Shown piece after piece: positions 59,737 through 64,000 of a stretch of 64,000 bases of DNA. The position numbers and the translations under genes were made by a program. Position 1 is the stretch's first letter, and the number at the start of each line of letters is the position of its first letter. The notes under the pieces are model-generated. The model was not told the DNA's origin, did no database searches, and saw only the letters and a list, made by a program, of their open reading frames with translations. The stretch comes from an uncultured delta proteobacterium (GTDB lineage: Bacteria > Desulfobacterota > Desulfobacteria > Desulfobacterales > B30-G6): positions 132,602 to 196,601 of the forward strand of contig CAVOZW010000027.1 in assembly GCA_963701385.1 (NCBI GenBank), written 5' to 3'.

Positions 59737-62340
59737 CTAGGGCAGTTTTGGCGATTTGCCTTTTAAATCATCTGAAGGGCTTTCCTCTTGTAACAGTTCA
59801 TCCGGCAGTTTTGCCCCGTTGTCGGCTGCCTCCTGCGCCGCCTGCCGGACCTTGGCCTCCGCCTTGGCGGCCTTTTTAGCGGCCGATTCGGCCGCAGCCT
59901 CGGCATCGAAAACTGCGCTACGCACCGTTTGAACCCTGGCAGATGCCGCTTTAAGTTTTTCCACCTCTGAAAGCTGGGCCAGTTTTTCATCCAGGGCCAG
60001 GGAGGCCATTTCAGCTTCCTTTTCCGCTTTTTGCGCTTTTTTTTCTGCATCTGCCAGCTGATCCAGAACAGATGCCATGTCTGCGGCCTTTCCCTCTTCC
60101 GGCTCGGCCTCGAGATCGATGTCTTCAGCCGCCAGAACCATTGCCACGGAAGGAAGGCGCTCGATAATATTTTCAACCGGCTCACCGAAAGGACCCACGG
60201 AACGATCCCCTTTAAGTTGAAAAGGCATCATTACCAGGGATGCATCACCAGACTGTTGGGCAACCGTCAGTGAATCCACCGTTTCGAGCGCCACCGGCTC
60301 TGCCTCAATCCGGACATCTTCCAGAAAGGCCTTCAGGTTCTCGACGGATTCCCCTGCACCGGTCTTCTTTTTGCCACTCAAAATCCGGATCCTGGCCTCG
60401 TTCCAGTCCCTGGACCGCGTAATCAGGTGTGCCAGCAACAACATCAGACGGCCGGTTGCATCATCCCACCACCATACGTCGATACGGCGCTCGGCCTCGG
60501 GTATCGATAACATCTCCTGCCATTGCCCTGGCTTGGCATCCAGAACGATGATATTGCGCCCCTGCTTAAAAATCCGTTTCAGTCGATTGTTGTAAACGTT
60601 CTTGCGAATATGCGGCTTTTGGCTGGTTTCCTCGGACAGCCATCCGAACAGGATGGTGTTGGCTTGCAGCGGCCCAATGCCCGAGGCCTGGACCAACATG
60701 TCGACCCCCTGTTCAAAGTTCGGGGCCGATACCACCAGCGGGAATATGCCCAGATCATAGGCGGCAATTTCTTTTCCCAGTGTCTTTTCAGCTTCTTTCT
60801 GCAGTTTGAAGGCCCTTGCCCCGCGTTCTTCGATGATCTGAACCACCGTAATCATGCCCGTGTTTCCCGCAATCCAGCCGGCCAGTGTCAGAAGTGGGGC
60901 TCTTCTTTCGGGGCTGTCGGAGAACAAAAGCATCATAGGCCGCCAGTCTCTGGGGTGCTCGGGTTCTGCGGCAGCCGCCAGCAGGTGGTCCCGTACCCGC
61001 TGCAGGTGGTAGGATCGTTTCCCATCCGCCCATCTCGCTGGGCCGGACTTGCGCCGCAGGTACTGGTAGATGGAAAAAAGCACGGCCACGGAAATCAATC
61101 CTGCCGAAACATCGATGGCCAGCATCACACCCAAACATGACAAAGCACCCAAAAGGCTGAGGCGACCATCATACCATTTGAATCTGGGTCTAAAAAAAGG
61201 ACTGGCAGCGCGGGTTTCGAAATACGTTGCATAATTGAGTAGCCCGTAGGATATCAGGAAAAACATTGAAACAATCGGTGCAATGACGTTCAGGTTACCC
61301 AGTGCAATGGTGACAATGGCAATGCCCCCTGCCAGCAGCACCCCCCGCCTGGGATTGTTGGTGGCACCTTCACCCCTGGCAAAGGGAAGCAGAAAAGGGA
61401 AAATCCGATCCGAGGCCAATGACTGTAAAATTCTTGGTGCCCCAAGAAAGGACGCCATGGCAGAAGAAAGGGTTGCCGCAATCACACCGGCCGTAATCAG
61501 AAAGCCGAATATCGCCACCCTGCTCATGGCCGCATAGTCGCTCGTGAGAACCGACTGCGGCAGGGATGCCGAAAAGATAAGGGCCGATAGAAAATAGACC
61601 ACGATGGAAATACCCACCGCCAGGAACGTGCCCAGGGGAAGGCTTTTCCCTGCATCTTTCAGATCGCCGGACATGCTGATACCCTGGGTAAATCCTGTTA
61701 CCGCGGGAAAAAATATTGCAAAAAGAATCCAGAAGCCTGGCCCATTTAATGGTCCTCGCCAATTCTGCGCCAGATTTGCGGACTCCCATTTCATGATACC
61801 GCCCCCAAAGAAAGAGATCAGCGCCAACACCAGAATTCCCATGACCAGATACTGAAAGCGGGTGGCCCAGTCGGCACCCAGCCAGGCCAGCACAAAAAGG
61901 CAGACAACCGCACCGCCCGCGATCATTTGCGGCCCATAAGAACCAAAGGCCGGCAGCGGCAATATCTGGGCCAGAACCTCTCCAAAGCCGATACAGTAGA
62001 AACCGATGGAGACCGACTGGGCCAGGAAAAGAACGATTCCCAGCGCACCTCCGAATTCAGGGCCAAGGGTCCTTGAAATCAGATAATAATCGCCACCGCC
62101 CTTGACCTTGATGTTGGTGGCAATAGCCGAAAGAGAGATGCTGGTTAAAATAGATATCCCGTTGGCCAGAGCCAGAATCATCAGCGCGCGTCCCAAGCCG
62201 GCGTTTCCCACGACATAACCGAGTCGCAAGAAGAGAATAATGCCCAGGATCGTGAGGATGCTGGGTGTGAAAACACCGGAAAAAGTCCCCAGCGTCCCCT
62301 GCTGATTTGGAGGTGTTTTTGTTTGGGCATGTTTTATCAT
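59737..62340 (-). CDS. APC-superfamily cation-chloride-cotransporter-like (SLC12-type) transporter with a large cytoplasmic domain and an Ala/Lys/Glu-rich tail
   Basis: 'GTLGTFSGVFTPSILTILGIILFLRLGYVVG' is the SLC12-like N-terminal TM1 pattern. About 12 TM segments, then roughly 400 cytoplasmic residues. Confidence 0.7.
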   Translation of the reverse strand: MIKHAQTKTPPNQQGTLGTFSGVFTPSILTILGIILFLRLGYVVGNAGLGRALMILALANGISILTSISLSAIATNIKVKGGGDYYLISRTLGPEFGGALGIVLFLAQSVSIGFYCIGFGEVLAQILPLPAFGSYGPQMIAGGAVVCLFVLAWLGADWATRFQYLVMGILVLALISFFGGGIMKWESANLAQNWRGPLNGPGFWILFAIFFPAVTGFTQGISMSGDLKDAGKSLPLGTFLAVGISIVVYFLSALIFSASLPQSVLTSDYAAMSRVAIFGFLITAGVIAATLSSAMASFLGAPRILQSLASDRIFPFLLPFARGEGATNNPRRGVLLAGGIAIVTIALGNLNVIAPIVSMFFLISYGLLNYATYFETRAASPFFRPRFKWYDGRLSLLGALSCLGVMLAIDVSAGLISVAVLFSIYQYLRRKSGPARWADGKRSYHLQRVRDHLLAAAAEPEHPRDWRPMMLLFSDSPERRAPLLTLAGWIAGNTGMITVVQIIEERGARAFKLQKEAEKTLGKEIAAYDLGIFPLVVSAPNFEQGVDMLVQASGIGPLQANTILFGWLSEETSQKPHIRKNVYNNRLKRIFKQGRNIIVLDAKPGQWQEMLSIPEAERRIDVWWWDDATGRLMLLLAHLITRSRDWNEARIRILSGKKKTGAGESVENLKAFLEDVRIEAEPVALETVDSLTVAQQSGDASLVMMPFQLKGDRSVGPFGEPVENIIERLPSVAMVLAAEDIDLEAEPEEGKAADMASVLDQLADAEKKAQKAEKEAEMASLALDEKLAQLSEVEKLKAASARVQTVRSAVFDAEAAAESAAKKAAKAEAKVRQAAQEAADNGAKLPDELLQEESPSDDLKGKSPKLP

Positions 62341-62383
62341 GATCTGTTTGAAATAGTTTATTCCGCATGTTAAATCAAGTGAT

Positions 62384-63415
62384 ATGGACCAAATCGACGA
62401 TTACAGCAGCAAGGAAAACATTCTACGCGAATCCTATGCCATTCGATCCTACGAGGTAAATGCCGGCGGCCGATTGTCCATACCTTCCATCTTTAATCTG
62501 CTGCAGGATGCTGCCAGCAGCCATGCATTGAAACTCGGTGTTTCCGTGCCCCAGTTACTGAACAGCAACTTTACCTGGGTGCTTTCTAGAATATATCTCA
62601 AAATGAATCAATATCCGGGATGGGGGGATGAAATCCAGGTTCACACATGGCCCTCGGGAATTCAACAGATTTTTGCGTTGAGGGATTTTGACATTCGTAA
62701 GAACGACAGCACCATAGGGTCTTGTGTCAGCGCCTGGATCATTATCGATACAGCCAACCGACGCCCGGTCCGGCCCGCGTCCTTTGCGCGGCAGCTAAAC
62801 CCCGTGGACAGGCGACAAATACCGGATCACCCCCTCGGCAAGTTGCCCGTATTGACCACGCCCCAGGTTGAAAAACGGTTCGACGTCAGGTACCGGGATC
62901 TCGACATCAATCAGCATGTAAACAATGTCAGCTATATTGAATGGCTCTTGGAATGCATTCCCGGCATCGTTGAAAGCGACCGTTGTCTAGCGGAACTGGA
63001 AGTCAATTTTTTGGGAGAGGCGTTTTACAGAGATAGACTCCTGGCCAGGTGTCGTAATCTGAATGAACAAGGAACGCTGATTGCCCACGACATGGTGCGT
63101 GAAGCAGATGGCCGGGAACTGCTCAGGGCCAGAACGGCATGGACCCTAGGCAGGGGGACTAGGATGATTGCTCAACTTTCGAAATTCAGCGAAAGCGAAA
63201 TGAATCATCCCCTATCGCATTGCGAACTCGCAGCAAGGGCTCCTAGCATCAGCGCCGGCCATCGTGTCAAACAGGCATGGCTGCCAAAAAAAGATTGTTT
63301 TCATATTGGATTTTCATTAGCATGCGCTGATGTAAGGTGCCCTAAGCGGCTCAAACAGCGCAAATCGCCATTGGATCACCCATTTCGCTCTAGCGAGGGT
63401 GAAACCCGAAGTTGA
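62384..63415 (+). CDS. Acyl-ACP thioesterase with an anomalous ~95-aa C-terminal extension that reads through repeat copy B
   Basis: 'YAIRSYEVNAGGRLSIPSIFNLLQDAASSHA', 'WGDEIQVHTWPSG' and 'YRDLDINQHVNNVSYIEW' are double-hotdog thioesterase motifs. The domain seems complete by about aa 246 ('ARTAWTL'). Confidence 0.75.
   Translation: MDQIDDYSSKENILRESYAIRSYEVNAGGRLSIPSIFNLLQDAASSHALKLGVSVPQLLNSNFTWVLSRIYLKMNQYPGWGDEIQVHTWPSGIQQIFALRDFDIRKNDSTIGSCVSAWIIIDTANRRPVRPASFARQLNPVDRRQIPDHPLGKLPVLTTPQVEKRFDVRYRDLDINQHVNNVSYIEWLLECIPGIVESDRCLAELEVNFLGEAFYRDRLLARCRNLNEQGTLIAHDMVREADGRELLRARTAWTLGRGTRMIAQLSKFSESEMNHPLSHCELAARAPSISAGHRVKQAWLPKKDCFHIGFSLACADVRCPKRLKQRKSPLDHPFRSSEGETRS
63171..63275 (+). repeat. 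~105-nt dispersed repeat, copy B (partner at 3361-3465)
   Basis: See copy A. It lies inside the 3' extension of the thioesterase ORF. Confidence 0.85.
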
Positions 63416-63447
63416 TCTGACAGGCAATAGATAAACCGGAGAATTTA

Positions 63448-64000
63448 TTGAACCCAACATACAGTCATATCATTCAATCCGTCCAGGTAAACATCCCCTT
63501 CACCCTGTTGGTGGACACCTATCTGGAAAAATTTCTCTCTTACCGCTTGAATCCGGAAATCGGTCTGGATGCCGCTGCGCTGGATCGGTTTTCGCGATCT
63601 GATTTTCAACAGATTGCAGCGGCGCTCGCGCGATACCACCCCACCATCACCATCCATGCCCCATTTATGGATCTTTCTCCTGGTTCCAGCGACCCCGAAG
63701 TGAGAAAAGTCACCCGTTATCGTCTGCAGCAGACGCTGGATCTGGTTCCCTTGTTCAATCCCTTGAGCGTGGTTTGTCATGCCGGCTACGATGCAAAACG
63801 ATACGGATATAACCGTGAAAAATGGGTTCAAGTCGCAATGGAAACCTGGTCCTGGTTTGCCGATGAACTGCAGGCGCTCGGTTCGCAACTCATGCTGGAA
63901 AACGTCTACGAACACCATCCCCGGGAAATCAGGATGCTGTTGGAAAACCTGGACCGGAAAAGCGTGGGTTTCTGCCTTGACACGGGTCATGCCACGGTGT
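63448..64000 (+). CDS. Xylose-isomerase-like TIM-barrel protein (sugar-phosphate isomerase/epimerase family), 3' end outside the window
   Basis: Absent from the ORF track because it has no stop in the window. TTG start with GGAG 6 nt upstream. It translates to '..IQSVQVNIPFTLL...ITIHAPFMDLSPGSSDPEVRK...VVCHAGYD...LMLENVYEHHP...FCLDTGHA'. The listed minus-strand ORF 63445..63990 is its shadow. Confidence 0.7.
   Translation, partial: MNPTYSHIIQSVQVNIPFTLLVDTYLEKFLSYRLNPEIGLDAAALDRFSRSDFQQIAAALARYHPTITIHAPFMDLSPGSSDPEVRKVTRYRLQQTLDLVPLFNPLSVVCHAGYDAKRYGYNREKWVQVAMETWSWFADELQALGSQLMLENVYEHHPREIRMLLENLDRKSVGFCLDTGHATV

Noticed and set aside
3361-63275. The two ~105-nt direct repeats bracket about 59.8 kb, almost the whole window. 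This resembles attL/attR of an integrated island.
   Set aside because: The enclosed genes are core respiratory, quinone, lipid and transport functions. I recognise no integrase, excisionase, conjugation or phage genes, and the repeats are not next to a tRNA. It is more likely a dispersed multi-copy element. A genome-wide copy count would settle it.
63445-63990. A 181-aa minus-strand ORF.
   Set aside because: The opposite strand encodes a clearly recognisable TIM-barrel enzyme, which is open-ended and therefore missing from the ORF track. The minus-strand ORF is its shadow.
1-64000. Search for rRNA, tRNA, tmRNA, transposases, integrases, toxin-antitoxin pairs, restriction-modification systems or other defence systems.
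   Set aside because: I recognised none by manual reading. tRNAscan, Infernal and defence-system HMM scans would be needed to exclude small RNAs or divergent systems.

Overview
The window looks like ordinary chromosome from a Gram-negative bacterium. Gene content and repeat types hint at a Desulfobacterota/deltaproteobacteria-like lineage, but only weakly. I support about 55 protein genes. By eye I found no rRNA, tRNA, CRISPR array, transposase, integrase or recognisable defence genes.

Gene blocks, left to right:
- 1-5.5 kb: a 5'-truncated FtsX-type permease, then two very large polytopic membrane proteins of unknown function.
- 5.5-10.4 kb: an Fsr-like MFS gene and a MoxR-DUF58-DUF4129-like operon.
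- 10.8-16.3 kb: small unknowns, a YcbK/MepK-like peptidase, and a repeat lipoprotein followed by a MacB/Lol-like ABC pair and a second lipoprotein.
- 16.7-29.5 kb: one tightly coupled respiratory operon in which Alternative Complex III genes (actB-C-D-F-A ... actE) are interleaved with cbb3 oxidase and assembly genes (ccoN, fused ccoO/P, ccoS, ccoI).
- 29.7-33.9 kb: ubiG-ubiE co-operonic with a dehydroquinate-synthase-like cyclase, then a decayed intergenic region and a TIM-barrel enzyme.
- 34-37.8 kb: a frameshifted DedA/ATP-grasp fusion next to an OlsF-like bifunctional acyltransferase.
- 37.9-39.5 kb: an AT-rich islet.
- 39.6-40.8 kb: a TauE/DsbD_2-like protein and a FixH-like protein.
- 40.8-48 kb: an SDR gene remnant and a Liv-type ABC importer with an embedded acyl-CoA ligase.
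- 48.2-52 kb: a UbiA-family prenyltransferase, a tandem repeat, a zinc-ribbon protein and ubiB.
- 52.1-54.1 kb: two unknowns plus an orphan PqqD-like protein.
- 54.1-59.6 kb: a partner-switching set without a sigma factor (RsbU/RsbW/STAS-like) wrapped around an ABC exporter with a very large insertion in its ATPase domain, plus a cNMP-binding protein.
- 59.7-64 kb: an SLC12-like transporter, an acyl-ACP thioesterase and a partial TIM-barrel gene.

Non-genic structure:
- A family of AT-rich 10-3-10 palindromes, each positioned so that a TAA stop codon sits at nt 2-4 of its left arm.
- A ~105-nt element present twice.
- A 136-nt near-perfect long hairpin.
- A 3 x 34-nt tandem repeat.
- Two gene remnants.

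The best candidates for undescribed biology are the partner-switching/ABC module, the ubiG-ubiE-cyclase operon, the DedA-ATP-grasp/OlsF pair and the giant membrane-protein pair. All functional readings rest on manual motif recognition and need database confirmation.
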